Position numbers and translations under genes: made by a program. This document shows positions 24,272-38,405 of a DNA stretch of 64,000 bases, piece by piece. Position 1 is the first letter of the stretch, and each line of letters begins with the position of its first letter. The notes under the pieces are model-generated. The model saw nothing but the letters and a program-made list of their open reading frames with translations, searched no databases and was not told the origin of the DNA. Origin of the DNA: Mobula hypostoma (taxonomy: Eukaryota); the NCBI RefSeq assembly GCF_963921235.1, contig NC_086108.1, positions 13,392,001 to 13,456,000 on the forward strand, written 5' to 3'.

Positions 24272-25404
24272 CTGCAGATGAAACAGAGAGCCATGCAAGG
24301 TGACAGCATGAGAAGGGTGTAACACAACCACAATTTCAACACAAAATGCCACAGCTTTATAGGTAGAGTAAACCAACTTTCAATTAAGCAGTAGCATTTA
24401 TAGAGAGAAATATCATCTCTGGTCCTTCAGAGTTGGAAATATTTATTGACAAAACATGATGAATGCACAGGATTCATCATGTCTGGCTGGTATTGAATAA
24501 GAGACAAAGGCGGCTGACTTAAAATATTGACAATCTCTCCTCCCATAGATGCTGGTCTACTGAGGTTTTACAATATTTTCCAATTTGTTTTCAATTTTAA
24601 GCATCTGCAGTTGATATAATTTTCCAGAAATGAAGGGAGTGGGGAAAAGGAAGTAGGTTAACAGGAATCACAAATAAAAGAAAATACATGGGAGTTCAGC
24701 TGCACAAAGTGCAATCTTTCCTTATAACATAACCTGCCTATTTCAGTTGGTAGTGTAATATCCTGTACCTGTTCCCACATGAGTTACATCCTTCTTTAAA
24801 TGCGATCAATGCAATTCAGTGTCTAGCAATGATCTGCTTTGTTTCCACCAACAGGAGAAACATTAACTCCACTGCAATTGACATCATTAGTACCATTACC
24901 ACGACCATTTCTACAATTAGTACTGTCACCAATCATGCCACTGTTAATGATACAATTAGCAGCAGATATGGTACCAATATCTTCAAGTGTACCAGTGACA
25001 CCATCAGCAGGAATGCTATTACATGCCAGTTAACCTCATGTCATAATGAACAGTGATCTACTTGAATCATAAACCCCTTCCCTTGCCTCAGACACTGTCT
25101 GACCCAGATCCAGCCTTTCCTGCTTTTTTTCCACCATCGGCAATGCGACTTTTGCCCATGTTGGAATCATCACCACCACTTCATTTATTGACAATGTATC
25201 TTGTACCACTAACACTGCAAGCACCACTAAAATCCTTGCATCAACGACTGCACCTTGGTGTATCAGCATCATCATCAAAACATGAGATTTTATCAATTGC
25301 ACTGAGTACTCTTGTCTAACAGATCGAGACTTCAGTCCCTATGTCCCATGGAGCGCCAAAAGAGTGCGGATGACATGATACATGTCACAAGTTCTGCAAC
25401 TCAC

Positions 25405-25590
25405 CAGTCAGTGCAATCTTGCTTGTTGGCCCTTTACTTTTGACCACAGACAGTTCATGGTACTGGCCTCCTGCCAGTGTGCTGTAGACCACCCGATACT
25501 TGTCAATGTCAGCTTGACTGTTCTCCCATTCCAGTTCCAGCTTACTGAAACCTTGAGCTACAACACGTAGGTTTTTAGGAGCATCAATCT
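25405..25590 (-). CDS. TNR: Tenascin-R-like exon, first part of FNIII-4 (186 bp)
   Basis: ctccacag|AG ... ACT G|gtgagt; EIDAPKNLRVVAQGFSKLELEWENSQADIDKYRVVYSTLAGGQYHE...ALT. Confidence 0.94.
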
Positions 25591-26669
25591 CTGTGGAGTA
25601 AAGCACAAAACAAGGTTATTTGCACAAAGGACTGAGACAGACAACAGTGGACGATTGTCTTCATTCACCCTCCATCCTAGTGATGTGGCAAGGTCTGATG
25701 TAATGGACTCTCAGCTCCAGTTCCAAATGTGCTACCATTTAGGCAAGACATTGCCACCACACCTCCACTACCGGCCAAAGTGAAGATGCTCTGCTCTTGT
25801 CCCCAGTGGGATTTCTGCTCATCTTTTACCGATCTCACTTTTGTTGACTTCAGTTCCTTTCCTTTAATTAAAAAAAATCCATCTCTCCACCCTTCTTGCT
25901 GTACATTGCAAACCTTGTCTCAATGATAACCTTTCTCTATTTCAATGAAAAGTCACCTCCATGAATTTCTGACCATTTTTCTTTCCACAGTTATTGCCTA
26001 GCCTGCTGAATACTTCCAGCAATTTCCGTTTTATTTCACATTTTCAGCGTCTGCAGTTCGTTACTCATTCTTCATTCAAGCAGGGGATTAGGACAGCCAA
26101 AAGACATAATGAAAAGTCCTTGGAAAGTAAGATTAAAGAAAGTCCTTGTTCATTCTATACATGCATCAAGAGAAATGGGATAACTAGGACCTAGGTAGGA
26201 CCACACAAAGTGGAAGGGCTTGCATCAGTATTTTTTAAGGAGAAGGATGTAGAAGAAAGGGAAATCAGTTTGGAGCATGCTTATATGTAAGGCAGTTTCA
26301 GATAAAGGAGGTAGTGCTGGGTCTCTGAATAAACATTAAAATTAATAAACATTTAAGGCATTAAAATAAACAGGGCATGAAGGGATACAGGGAGAGGGCA
26401 GGTGTTTGGGACTGAGAAGAAAATTGGATCAGCCATGATGAAATGGTGGAGCAGACTCAAAGGGCCAAATGGCCCAATTCTTCTCCTATATCTTACGGAT
26501 ATCAGATTTCTGGTGCCTTGACCAAGATTTTCACATCCTCTTTAGCACAGGTGAGACCCCAAAGGATTGACAAGTAACTACGTTATTCTATTATTCAAGA
26601 AGGGAAAGGGGGCTGATCCTGGAAACTATAGACAGGCAATTCTCACATCAATGGAAAAGGAATAATAAG

Positions 26670-27335
26670 TGCAAGAGATTCTGCAGATGTTGGAAATCTT
26701 GAGCAACACACCCAAAATGCTGAGGAACTCTGCAAGTTGGATGCATGAATAGAGGGGAATAAAGAGCCGATGCTTTGGGCCAAGATCCTTCATCAGGACT
26801 GGAAAAGAAATCGAAGCCAGAAGGAGGGGGTCGGGGAGGACAAAGAACACAAACTGACAAGTGATAGGTGAGATCAGGTGAGGGGTAGCTGGGTGGGTGG
26901 GTGGGGATGGGTGATGAAGTAAGAAGTTAAGGATGATAGATGGAAGTTAAAGGGCTGAAGAAGAAGGAATCTGATAAGAAAGGACAGTGGACCACAGGGA
27001 GAAGGGCACCAGAGAGAGGGACCGGCAGGTTCAGAAAAGGGAAGGGGCAAGAGGGTACCAGAATGGGGAATGTAAAAAGAGAAGGGTGAGAGGTAGAAAT
27101 TACCAGAAATTAGCAAAATTGATGTTCATGCCATCAGGTTGGATGTTACACAGATGGAATAGGAAGTGTTGCTCCTCCAACCTGAGAGTGGCCTCACTGT
27201 TGCTGTTGAGGAAGTCAAGGATTGACATGACAGAATGGGAATAGGAAGTCAAATTAAAATGAGAAATTCCATCTTTTGTGACAGGAAGAGGGAAGGTGCT
27301 CGACAAAGCAGCCCCCCTATCTACAATGGGTCTCA
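26670..27335 (-). mobile_element. Degenerate Penelope-like 3' fragment
   Basis: RLEEQHFLFHL...QPDGMNINF C-terminus plus the same purine-rich terminus as 32593-33040; eroded hammerhead at about 26764-26801. Confidence 0.8.
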
Positions 27336-27339
27336 CCAA

Positions 27340-29690
27340 GGTAAGAGGACACTTAAGAATAAAATCAGAAGGGCAAAAAGAAAGCATGAGGTTTCCCTAG
27401 CAGACAAGGTGAGAGAGAATCCTACGGGGTTCTACAGATACGTTGAGAATAAAACAAGGGTCAAAACTGGTCCTCTGGAAGATCAGACTGGTAATCTCTG
27501 CATGGAGCCAAAAGAGATGGGGGAGATATTAAATGGATTATTTTTTTGCATTTGTATTTACTCCGGAGAAGTACATGGAGTCTATAGAAGTGAGGTAAAG
27601 CAGCAGTGAGGTCATAGACCCCATACAGATTAGAGGAGGAGGTATTTTCTGTCTTGAAGCATATCAGGGTGGATAAATCCCCAGGGCCTGACAAGATGCT
27701 CCCTTGGTCCCTGTGGGAGGCAAGTGCAGAAATTGCAGGTGCCCTGGCAGAGATATTTAAATCATCCCTAGTGACAGGTGAGGTACTGGAAAATTGGAGG
27801 ATAACCAATGTTGTTTCTCTGTTTAAGAAACACTCTAAAAATAAACCAAAAAATTATAGGCCAATAAGTCTATCATCAGTAGTGGGAAAGTTATTGGAAG
27901 GTATTCTAAAGAACTGGATATATGAATATTTGGATAGACATGGACTAATTAGAGATGGTTAGCATGGCTTTGTGCATGATAGGTCAAGTCTAGCCAATCT
28001 TATAGAGTTTTTCAAGGAAGTTACTAAAAAAGTGGATGAAGGCAAGGCAGTGGATGTTGTCTACGTGGACTTTATCAAGGCACTTGACAAGGTCCTGCAT
28101 AGGAAGCTAGTCAAGAAGGTTCAGTCGCTTGGCATTCAAAATGAGGTAGCACAATGGATTAGACATCGGCTTTGTGGGAGAAGCTGGTGAGTGATAGTAG
28201 AGGGTCGCCTCTCTGACTGGAAGCCTGTGACTAGTGGTGTGCCGCAGGGATCTGTGCTGGGTTCCTTGTTGCTCGTCATCTACATCAATGATCTGGGTAA
28301 TGATGTGTTAACTGGATCAGCAAATTTGCTGATCACACCAAGATTGGGGGTGTAGTGGACAGCAAGGAAGATTATCAAAGCTTGCAGTGGGATCTGGACA
28401 AGCTGGAAAAAGAAGCCGAAAATTGGCAGATGGAATTCAAAGCAAAGAACTGCGAGAAGGTAGACTTCAGCAGGACCAACCAGGGTAGGTCTTACACAGT
28501 GAATGGTAGGGCACTTGCCATTAAGAGTGTGGTAGAACAAAGGGATATGAGAATACAGGCCTATGTTTTCTCGAAAGTGGTGGTACAGGTAGATAGGGTC
28601 ATAAAGAAAGCTTTTGGCACATTGGCCTTCATAAATCAAAGTAACAAATATAGGAGATGGGATGTTATGTTGAAGTTGAGGACTAATTTGGAGTATTGTG
28701 TGTAGTTTTGGTCACCTGCCTACAGGAAAGATGTAAATAAGATTGCTAGGAGCACAGAGAAAATTTACAAGGATGTTGCTGGGACTGGAGGACCCGAGTT
28801 ATAAGGAAAGATGGAATAGAAGAGGACTTTAATCCTTGGAAGATAGAAGATTGAGGGGAAATTTGATAGCGGTAAACAAAATTATGGGGGAGTATAGCTA
28901 GGGTAAATGCAAGAAAGGATTTTCCACTGAGATTAGTGTGGACTAGAACTAGAGGTCATGGATTAAGGGTGAAAGGTGGAAAAGTATAAGAGGGAAAACT
29001 TCTTCACTCAGTGGGTTAATCCTGGGAACCAAGTCCATAGTTGCCTGTAAGCAGATATACAGATTGATAGAATGGTAAAGGTGGTGTATGACATGCTGGC
29101 CTTTATTAGTTGAGACACTGAGTTCATGAGTCAGGAAGTTATGTTGCAGGTTTATCAAAAGGTAGTCGGGCTTAATGTGGAGTATTGCATTCAAATCTGA
29201 TTGCCCCATCAATGGAAGGGTTTAGAAAGATTTCAAAGGAGGTTTACTAAAATGAGGGGGGACAACACCTGTGCTGTATTCACTGTAGCAGCACAGGCAG
29301 AGGGGAGATTAGGTACAGATTTATAAGATTATGAAAAGCATAGGTAGAGAGCTAATATATTTTTCCTCGGATTGAAATGTCTAATATCAGAAGGCATGCA
29401 CTTAAGGTGGAAAGGAAAAGGTGAAAGTTCAAAGCAGACATGCCTAGCAATTTCTTTTCACACTGTGTTCAGAGTGTTTGGTGCCAGGGTTAGAGGTGAA
29501 GGTAAATACATTAGAGGAATTTAAGAGTTTCTTTGATAGGCACATGAATCTGCAGAAATTGGAAGGATATGGACATTATGTAGGCAGAGGGGATTAGTTT
29601 AGTTGTGTATTTGATTCCTACTTTAATCCGTTCAGCACCTCATTGTGTGCCAAAGAGCCTGTTCCTGTGCTGTAGAGTTCTGTGTCCTCG
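27340..29690 (+). mobile_element. CR1 LINE ORF2 remnant plus a second CR1 3' fragment
   Basis: [33 protein letters not shown]; multiple stops. Confidence 0.85.
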
Positions 29691-30149
29691 CCACAGATAC
29701 AGGGGAACCTATGGCATGCAAACCCAAGGTGCCACATGGAAAAATTTTATCCACACATTACAAGCAATGCTGACCGTCAACTATTCAAACCTCATCCATA
29801 ATGATTATCTTTACTTGGAAGTGAAGTAGCAAGTGACGCTTTACAATCCAAGAGCAGTGAGATGTTTTCACAGGTGCTTACTAGATGGTTACAAGAATTC
29901 ATGACCCTGGATGATACATTATGAAATCCTCAGAGACCTGGTGTACACATCTGTACTTAGATAGTAAATGCCATGGCCAGTTTGGCATTGGCTTCACTCT
30001 GCTTATGTTTTTCTTCTGTCATTTGTGAGTGAACACAACATATTCAGTAATAATAATGGACCTCCTGACACAGTGTTGGAATTATACTCTGAACTCCAAC
30101 GCCTGAGTTGTAACAGTGGCATGCTAACCCCTACACTACCACGGCACCT

Positions 30150-31320
30150 CATGCAACTGCCAAGTCTCAGTAATGGTCACAACAGAGTAATTCCATGTAC
30201 TGATCCATGCTCTAAGTTCATCAACCTTGTTCTTAATATTTCTCACATTAATCTAATCTAAACTGACGGCATTATGCCCTATCTTGCCTGACAGTCTGTC
30301 TGCACATTGCTTCTACTGCCCCATTATCTGACCTAACACTCTGGTTCCCATCCCCCTGGTAAATTAGTTTAAACCCTCCCCAACAGTGTACAATCAACTC
30401 TGCAAATCGGTGTACAAGGGCACGCTGACTGGTGCCCCTCAAGTTCAGGTGTAACTCAGCCCTTTTGTAAAGCTCATACTTTCCAGAGAAGCAATCCCAA
30501 TGATCCACAAATCTGAAACCCTGCACCAAATCTTTATCCACATGTTCATCTGCTGTATCCTCCTATTCTTACTCTCACTGTCATGCGGCACAAGAAGCAA
30601 TCCAAAGACAACTACCCTTGAGGTCCTGCTTTATCGCTTCCTGCCCAGCTCCCTATATTCTCTCATCAGGACCACATCCCTTTTCCTAGCTCTGCTGTAC
30701 CAATGCGCACCTTGACATCTGGCTGTTCACCCTCCCATTTAGAATGCTGTGAACTTGATTCAAGACACCTCTGATGAAATGTATCATGTGGAAGTCTTGT
30801 TCAGGTTCGCAGAATCTCCTGTTTGTTCGCCAACCCAATGAATCCCTTCAGTACTGATCTCCTCTTCTCCTCTCTTCCCTTCCGAGCCACGTTGCCAGAC
30901 TCAGTGCTAGAGACTCAGCCGCTGTGGCTTCTTTCCACTGGTATGTCATCCTTCTCCACCCCCCCCCCCCCAACCTCTAACAGTATCCAAAGTAGTAACT
31001 TTGTTAATGAGGGGAATGGTCACAAAGGTATTCTGCACTGACTGCCTACTCTCTTTCCTTCTCCTGACAGTCATCCAGCTACCTGCCTCCTGCAACCTTG
31101 GTGTAATTGCCTCTCTGTCACTCCAGTCTATCAACCCCTCAGTTTCCCGAATGATCAGCAGGTCATCCAAATCTAGATCCCTAACACAGGCAGAAAGGAT
31201 CTGCTGATGCACTTCTCACTGATATAGTCATCAGATACACTGGAAGTCTCCCTGACTTCCCACATACTGCAAGTGGTGCATGCTACTCCCCTGACGGTCA
31301 TTCAGCACTTCTCTAACTCT
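30150..31320 (-). mobile_element. CR1 5' region (ORF1 remnant)
   Basis: QGFRFVDHWDCF...LHLNLRGT and WMTVRRRK motifs on the minus strand. Confidence 0.7.
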
Positions 31321-32592
31321 GCAATAATAAAGAATGAAAAAGAACTTGGCAGAAACTCACCTTTGCCCCCACCTCTTCTTGCTGAAGCTTGTTGTGCTAA
31401 AGCTTAGCTCCACACTTTACAACTGTCCATCTTCTCCAGTTTAAGAACCCATCCTTGACTCCATAACATATCAAAAGCTTTCACTACTGCAAAGAAAACT
31501 GCCACCACTGGTTCTTCATTAACTTAGGCTTCAAGAATATCAGATTTCAAACTTAACACAGAGTTCATGGTCATTCTCCCATTACAAAATCCAAATTGGT
31601 ATACAGCTAATTTTCCACTACTTTCCACAAAATAAGGAAGCCTTTCATTCTATTATCTTATACACATAAAGGTCTATAACAAGAAGGATCTGATTGATCA
31701 TTACCAAGCTTCAATACAGAAATAACAACCACTAATTTCCAGGAATCAAGAGGTCACCCTTTAATCCATATTGTGTTAAAGAATTTCAAATGTAACATAA
31801 ATTATGAACCTGATAACGGTGTAAGTGTATTATAGCAAATGTCATCCTTCCCAGATGCTGTCTGACCAGCACTATTAATAGCCTCTTGAAGTTCAGACAA
31901 TGTAAATTCAACATCCAAGCAGGAACTGGAACATTCTTTTTTTTCTCTCAACAATCTGAGGATTGCTGGCCAAAACTGTTTCTTTAAAAGATCTCTCTGC
32001 TTTACTTAAATTGGCCGAACTATGTACACTGGCTGAACTATGTACACTGACCTATGTTTTTGCTAATAATTCTGATTTTTTTTAAGTGTCAGTAACTGCA
32101 ACCTTCTTCCCCGTATCATACCCTAAACCTTCCCCAGCTGGATCTCTTCCCCAATGCTATCACAGTACATCCTGCAATGCATTTTCTTTGCCCTTCTCAC
32201 TATGTTTCTTACTATGGCTCGAGCTCTTTTTATATTGTATGAAGGGTGAATAGGCGTAACACTACTTAACTTTCCTAAAAGCTTTATTCCATTCTTCACA
32301 GCTCTTTTACACTGATCCATCTACCAGGGAACACCTCTCCTTTATAATCTCCTAACAATCTGGGAGTTGATTCCCTAGCTATTGATTTGATTGATTTGAG
32401 TTGAGTACAGAGCAAAGGTATTATTACTCAACTCGATATCCTGCAAAACAAATGATCAGAAAACCTGCTTTCACGTAAATCAAGTATTAAATCTGACTCT
32501 GATTCTGTCTTTATAATTCCGTCTGGGGATATGAGAACATTTTCTCTCATGCTCATTCATTTATTCCCATTAAACAGATAATGATTGCCCCA

Positions 32593-34367
32593 AACACAAA
32601 ATAGTCTGCAGATGCTGGGGTCAAAGCAACACGCACAACACGTTGGAGGAACTCAGCAGGTCAGGCAGCATCCGTGGAAAAGATCGTCAACGTTTCGGGC
32701 TGGAACCCTTCATCAGGACTGAAGAGGGAAGGGGCAGAGGCCCTATAAAGAAGGTGGGGAGAGGGTGGGAAGGAGAAGGCTGGTAGGTTCCAGGTGAAAA
32801 CCAGTAAGGGGAAAAATAAAGGGGTGGGGGAGTGGAAGCAGGGAGGTGATAGGCAGGAAAGGTGAAGAAGGAATAGGGGAAAGCACAATGGGTAGTAGAA
32901 GGAGGTGGAACCATGAGGGAGGTGATAGGCAGCTGGAGGAGGGGGCAGAGTGAAATAGGGATAGGGGAAGGGAAGGGGAGGGAATTACCGGAAGTTGGAG
33001 AACTCAATGTTCATGCCAAGGGTCTGGAGACTACCCAAGTGTTATATGAGGTGTTGCTCCTCCAACCTGAGTTTGGCCTCATCGTGGTAGTAGAGGAGGC
33101 CATGTATGGACATATCCGAATGGGAGCGTGAAGCAGAGTTGAAGTAGGTGGCAACCGGGAGATCCTGTCTGTTGTGGCAGACGGAGCGGAGGTGCTCGAC
33201 GAAGCAGTCCCCCAATCTGTGTCGGGTTTCACCGACGTAGGGGAAGCTGCACCGGGAGCACCGGATGCAATAGATGACCCCAACAGACTCACAAGTGAAG
33301 TGTTGCCTCACCTGGAAGGACTGTTTGTGGCCCTGAATGGTGGCAAGAGAGGAGGTGTAGGGACAGGTGTAGCACTTACGCTTACAGGGATAAGTGCCGG
33401 GTGGGAGATCTGTGGGGAGGGACTTGTGGACCAGGGAGTTGCGAAGGGAACAATCCCTGCAGAAAGCGGAGAGGGGTAGAGAGGGAAAGATGTGCTTAGT
33501 GGTGGGGTCCTGTTGAAGGTGGTGGAAGTTGTGGAGGATAATGTGCTGGATCCGGAGGCTGGTGGAGTGGTAGGTGAGGACAAGGGGAACTCTGTCCCTG
33601 TTGTGGTGGCGGGAGGATGGGGTGAGGGCTGAAGTGCGGGAAATGGAGGAGATGCGAGTGAGGGCATCATTGATGACGGTAGAAGGGAAACCACGATCTT
33701 TAAAGAAAGAGGACATTTGAGATGTCCTGGAATGGAAAGCCTGATCCTGGGAGCAGATGCTGCGGAGACGGAGGAACTGGGAATAGGGAATAGCAGTTTT
33801 GCATGTGGCGGGGTGGGAAGAGGTATATTCGTGGTAGTTATGAGAGTCAGTGGGCTTATAGAAGATGTCAGTGGACGGTCTGTCTCCAGAAATGGAGACC
33901 GAGAGATCAAGAAAGGGGAGAGAAGTGTCTGAGATGGACCAAGTGAATTTGAGGGCTGGGTGGAAGTTTGAAGTAAGATCGATGAAATTGACGAGCTCAG
34001 CATGGGTGCAGGAAGCAGCACCAATGTAGTCGTCAATGTACCGAAGGAAAAGTTGGGGAGCAGTACCAGAATAGGTTTGGAGCACAGACTGTTCCACATA
34101 ACCAACGAAGAGGCAGGCACAGCTGGGGCCCATGCAAGTGCCCACAGCTATACCCTTGGTCTGGAGAAAGTGGGAAGAGCCAAAAGAGAAGTTATTAAAT
34201 GTGAGTACCAGTTCCGCCAACCGGAGGAGGGTAGTGGTGGTGGGGAACTGGTGAGGTCTATTGTCCTGAAAGTAGTGGAGGGCCTTAAGGTCTTCTTGAT
34301 GGGGAATGGAAGTGTATAAGGATTGGACATACATAGTGAAAATGAAGCGGTCAGGACTGGGGAACTG
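32593..34367 (-). mobile_element. Penelope-like retroelement (5'-truncated RT, GIY-YIG endonuclease, terminal region with hammerhead core)
   Basis: Over 430 open codons: SLYTSIPH, KGIAVGTCMGP, LRYIDD, FLDL, IYCIRC...YVGET, RLEEQHLI. Confidence 0.93.
32686..32720 (-). ncRNA. Minimal type I hammerhead ribozyme-like motif in the Penelope terminus
   Basis: GUC CUGAUGA AGGG uuccag CCC GAAAC GUU GAC: conserved CUGANGA, GAAA and UH core with short stems I and II; stem III reduced to the palindrome AACGUU. Confidence 0.7.
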
Positions 34368-34959
34368 GATCACCCCCATTGTTGTATCATTATACACTTC
34401 CCAGTTACACACACTTGCTATATCCTCAGATAAGGTCTATAGCAGAAACAAAGTTGTTAAATAGGTTTATCCTTGAACTGCTACTGTCATTCAACAACAC
34501 CTTTGTTCCACCACCATTCCATTCACATTTGTGTCACTTCAACCTCACATTATACTTCAACACCATATGACCTTATCTGTAGTTCAACATTCTTTCCCCA
34601 AATATCAACTACAATTGACTCAAACAACTCCAATTTCTATGTGCTAACCCGTTTTTGACAAAGGTGGTCCCTCCTCTTCCATTACCCATTATCAGATCGC
34701 ATCTTGTATCAATATAATCTTGTATCTTAAAACTTAGAGAAGATTAGCTGCACAGATATAACATCAGGTTTACTTAGTAAATTTTCAACAAATTGCTTAA
34801 ATTCTTGATCATTACTAGCTACTTTATTAAGCACAAGTTTTCTGGGAAACAATCACTGCAAACGATAGCCTGTAACTTCCATTCAGAGTTGAGCTTCTGA
34901 ACTGCCTGTACGACCTGACATTTTTGTGGTGTGAACAAAAATTGTGAAGGTGCAGGACA

Positions 34960-35505
34960 GTTGCTGCGTGATGTGTACAGGCCAAATCTCAGCAGTGGAG
35001 GCCTGGGACTGAGCCTGAAAGTGAGAAATGAACGAGCCAAAGTTTTACCATTGCTGCAGCAGACAGAGCCAGTTCAAAGCGGCAGATCTGAGGCGAGGTA
35101 GAGTTGAGGCAGTGGATCCTGGGTCTGGGAGCAAGGAATGAGCAACAGTTCGGACAATTTAAACACTGGTCCAGATTGAAAGGGACAGGTGGTTATCGGG
35201 GCTGGAGGAGAGGGACAGGTCAGTGTTCAGCTTGTTCCTGCGCTGGCCGTGACCTGTATCTTGGACTGGTTGCAGTGATGAATGGCTTTGTGGCTGTGCA
35301 GTCACTTTCATCAACTTCAGTTCTGAATGTTACTTGCTTACTTTTATTATCTGCATGATTTGTTTTATTTCTGCACATTGGGTGTTTGACAGTCTTTTCT
35401 GAAGGGTTCTATTGGGTTTCTTTGTTTTGTGGCTGCCTGTAAGATGACAAATCTCAAGATTGTGTAAAGTCTACATACTTTGATAATAAATGTACTTTGA
35501 AATTT
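34960..35505 (+). mobile_element. Short non-autonomous non-LTR retroelement (L2/Rex-like tail)
   Basis: Ends in aataaa plus tttgaa repeats; family not certain. Confidence 0.5.
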
Positions 35506-35612
35506 GAGTATTAGTTAACAAGCTTCTAGTATTCCATTACAGGATTAGAAAAAATTCATTCACAATCCTCCTTTGAAATCTGAACGTTATTTATTCCTTC
35601 TTGTAAGGTTAA

Positions 35613-36258
35613 AGGAGGAGAGAGGAGAAGATGACGACGCGACACAGCGTGTGTGGCCGTTCCGAATGACTATCAATTATGTGTTAACTAGGGGGCTGTG
35701 CACAATCCGGATTTGATGGAGACAGCCGTGAGGAGCACAGAGTAACTGGAGTAACTTCTGAAATGCCCGCTTTGCTGCCGCTGCTACTGTGCGATTGAGA
35801 ATCTCTGGAGACGAAGGCCCCAAATCCTCAGCTTTGTCTATTGCCTGTTGCTGGGGCCGGGGTTGAAGCGCTTGGCAGAGATGGTGCTCGGTGCTCGGTG
35901 TCGGAGAGCTGGTCAGAGGCTCAGAGTTTTCGGGCGGACTCGGAGTCGGACAGTGGTCAGATGCTTCCAGGATGCTGCATCGGCAAGTTGGTGGCGCTGG
36001 AGGTTCACCGTCTGCGTGAGGTGATGGGACTTTCGAGAGACTTTGAGACTTTTACTGTGCTATGGTCTGTTCTTATCAAATTACAGTATTGCTTTGCACT
36101 GTTGTAACTATATGTTATAATTATGGGTTTTTTTGTTAGTTTTTAAGTCAGTTTGTCATGTGTTTCTGTGATATCAGTCTGGAAAAACATTGTATCATTT
36201 CTTAATGCATGCATTACTAAATGACAATAAAAGAGGACTGCGTGTCCTCATAATCATA
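35613..36258 (+). mobile_element. CpG-rich short non-autonomous retroelement
   Basis: aagatg(a)cg(a)cgcg 5' start, aataaa and taatca-type tail; interrupts the Nimb-like LINE. Confidence 0.55.
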
Positions 36259-37664
36259 AGGCATCATTAATAACTTCCAGAATTAGGCCTTTTATCTCCA
36301 GATGTTTTTCTGCAGTTTTTAAGATAGTTTTAATACTTTTCTGCCCTACTTTTAGATTGATGTACAATTTACCACACCTGCCATGAAAGTGACAAACTTT
36401 AAATTATCAATATCAGAGATTCACCATAATGCACTTCACACACTGTTTTAAAACTGTATCCTGGATATTAATAGGTCCCATTGACACTGTCTTCTGTACT
36501 TTTTGTGGAGCCTCTGCATATGATATACCCATTTCCAGCTGAACACGCTGCACTTTCACAGCTTTCTTATATACAGTACAGGATCCCTGCATAAACAAAG
36601 CTATGTTCTTCTCCACAGTTGCTTTATATGAGCCTAACTCCTTCTCTACAATTGCCATAATTACATTCTCCACCACATCTACCAGACCACGTTTTACCCT
36701 TACCCACAGTTGCTATATGGCCAAACGTCTGGCACTGAAAGCATTTCAGAGGGGGTGGCACATAGACTCGAACTATAAAACACATATAACCTAAATTAAC
36801 CCTATCCAGCAACTTTTTTCGTCAAATTTAATCAACACTGATCAGCTATCTGCTCTTACTCCACTACAAAACCTGTTTAAATGTTCAGCATCCACAACTT
36901 ATCCCCTAACTGAATTATTTTTAACTTAGTTCACAAATAAATCTAAAGGCACTCCAGAAATTGCTCCTCAAAGCCACTGTCTGTCAATATGATTTCTTGG
37001 TGTTACTTTCCTTCCTCCTACAACTTTTAATCCCAAAGCTTTCTCACATTGCTTACTTTCTTTACAAGATACTAAGAGTGCCCCATTTTTTCAAGGCCTT
37101 GCATCCACAATATCTCTTAATGCTTTTTTCAAATCCGAAGTTAGTCTAATTGGATTGATATCAGACATACTGTATGCCCATGTTCAAAACTCAACAAAAC
37201 TTTAAACTCTTCCTTCCTTTTTTATTTAAATCCTGTCTACTGCCTCCATCACTGGACAATAAGCCACTACAATCCTCAATCAGCTGCTTATTTTTCCATG
37301 TTCCTGCCCATTCGCCTTCCTCCACACAGCTCCTGTCACCCAGTACCACCAGTTCACTATCTCTTCTTCTCCATCATTTCGTGCCATCTCTACTCCTCTT
37401 CCTGCCTGACAGCAATTCCCAACAGCAGGTTCAGTCCTCTTCTCCAACCCCAATCAGGATTCCCGAGTCTCCCAGGCCTGTGGAATGATCTGACCTCATC
37501 TCTGGATTCACAGTGGCCTGTCCATGACCCTAACCTTTTCATATTTGTTATTGCCAATTAACTAATTCATCAATCAATGTTCACCTAACACTTTGGAAAT
37601 GAGCGTCCTTTAGGTTCCCACTAGCTGAAACAGAACAGGAACTACTGCGATTTACCTCTGACCT

Positions 37665-38405
37665 CTGGTCAAAATGGTGCCAGCGAACAACGATTCCTCA
37701 GGCGACATCTTCCGGAAAGTCAGTTATTCCAGTTTTTCTACGTATTCTACTTACTCTTCTTATCTTAATTTTGTTTTTGAGGAGCCTGTGACTTACAGTC
37801 TGTAGTTTGATCAAGTGAGCTAGGGCTCTGCTGCTCCCGAGAAAACTCCAAGAGAGAAATGTGAACATGAGCTACCACACAGAGATGAGAAGAAGGGCCA
37901 CGATAAACTATATTTCTCTCTGAGGAAGATTGAAACATCGAGACAAATGCAGAGGAGAGTGAACGGTTCTCGGCAGCATTGCTGGGTTTGAGTAGCTGCC
38001 CTTGGCGAAGCCGCTGGTTCGAGTCATTGCCCTCAGAGGTGTTACCAGAATTCTGGGATTTATGGATTGGACTGTAGTTCATATTGGCCCCTTTCAGTTC
38101 TGCTTTTTTCCCCTCATGTTCTTGCCCATTCTTTCTTGTTACTGATTGGTGGGCTGGGGATTTGGGATCTGATGTTTTTGTTGTTTCTCTATGTGGGTGA
38201 TCTATCAGTTTTTGCGCTAGGGACTGGTTGTGGGGTTTGGGGTTTGCGAGTTTTTGTTCTTTTTCTTTTCATGTGGGTGGGGGAGGACTGATGTCTTTCT
38301 TTCAACCACTATGGCTTTCTGTATTTTATGGCTATCTGGAGAAGACAAATCTCAGTTGTATTCTGCAAACGTGCTTTAATAATGAAATGAATCTTTTGAA
38401 CCTTT
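37665..38405 (+). mobile_element. Short non-autonomous retroelement with ttgaa-type tail
   Basis: aaaatggtgcc start, T/G-rich 3' part, similar to 34960-35505. Confidence 0.45.

Larger units (their letters stand above)
31430..37560 (-). mobile_element. Old, fragmented I/Nimb-type LINE (ORF1 at about 36260-37560, endonuclease at about 34370-34820, RT 5' part at about 31430-32580), interrupted by younger elements
   Basis: ORF1 YVPPPLKCFQCQTFGHIA; endonuclease CNWEVYNDTTMG(SDH); RARAIVRNIVRRAKK...YCDSIG resembles the LINE at 48368. Confidence 0.72.

Noticed and set aside
33308..34319. Overlapping 270-aa and antisense ORFs in the Penelope element
   Set aside because: Alternative frames of a compositionally biased RT gene with no independent motifs
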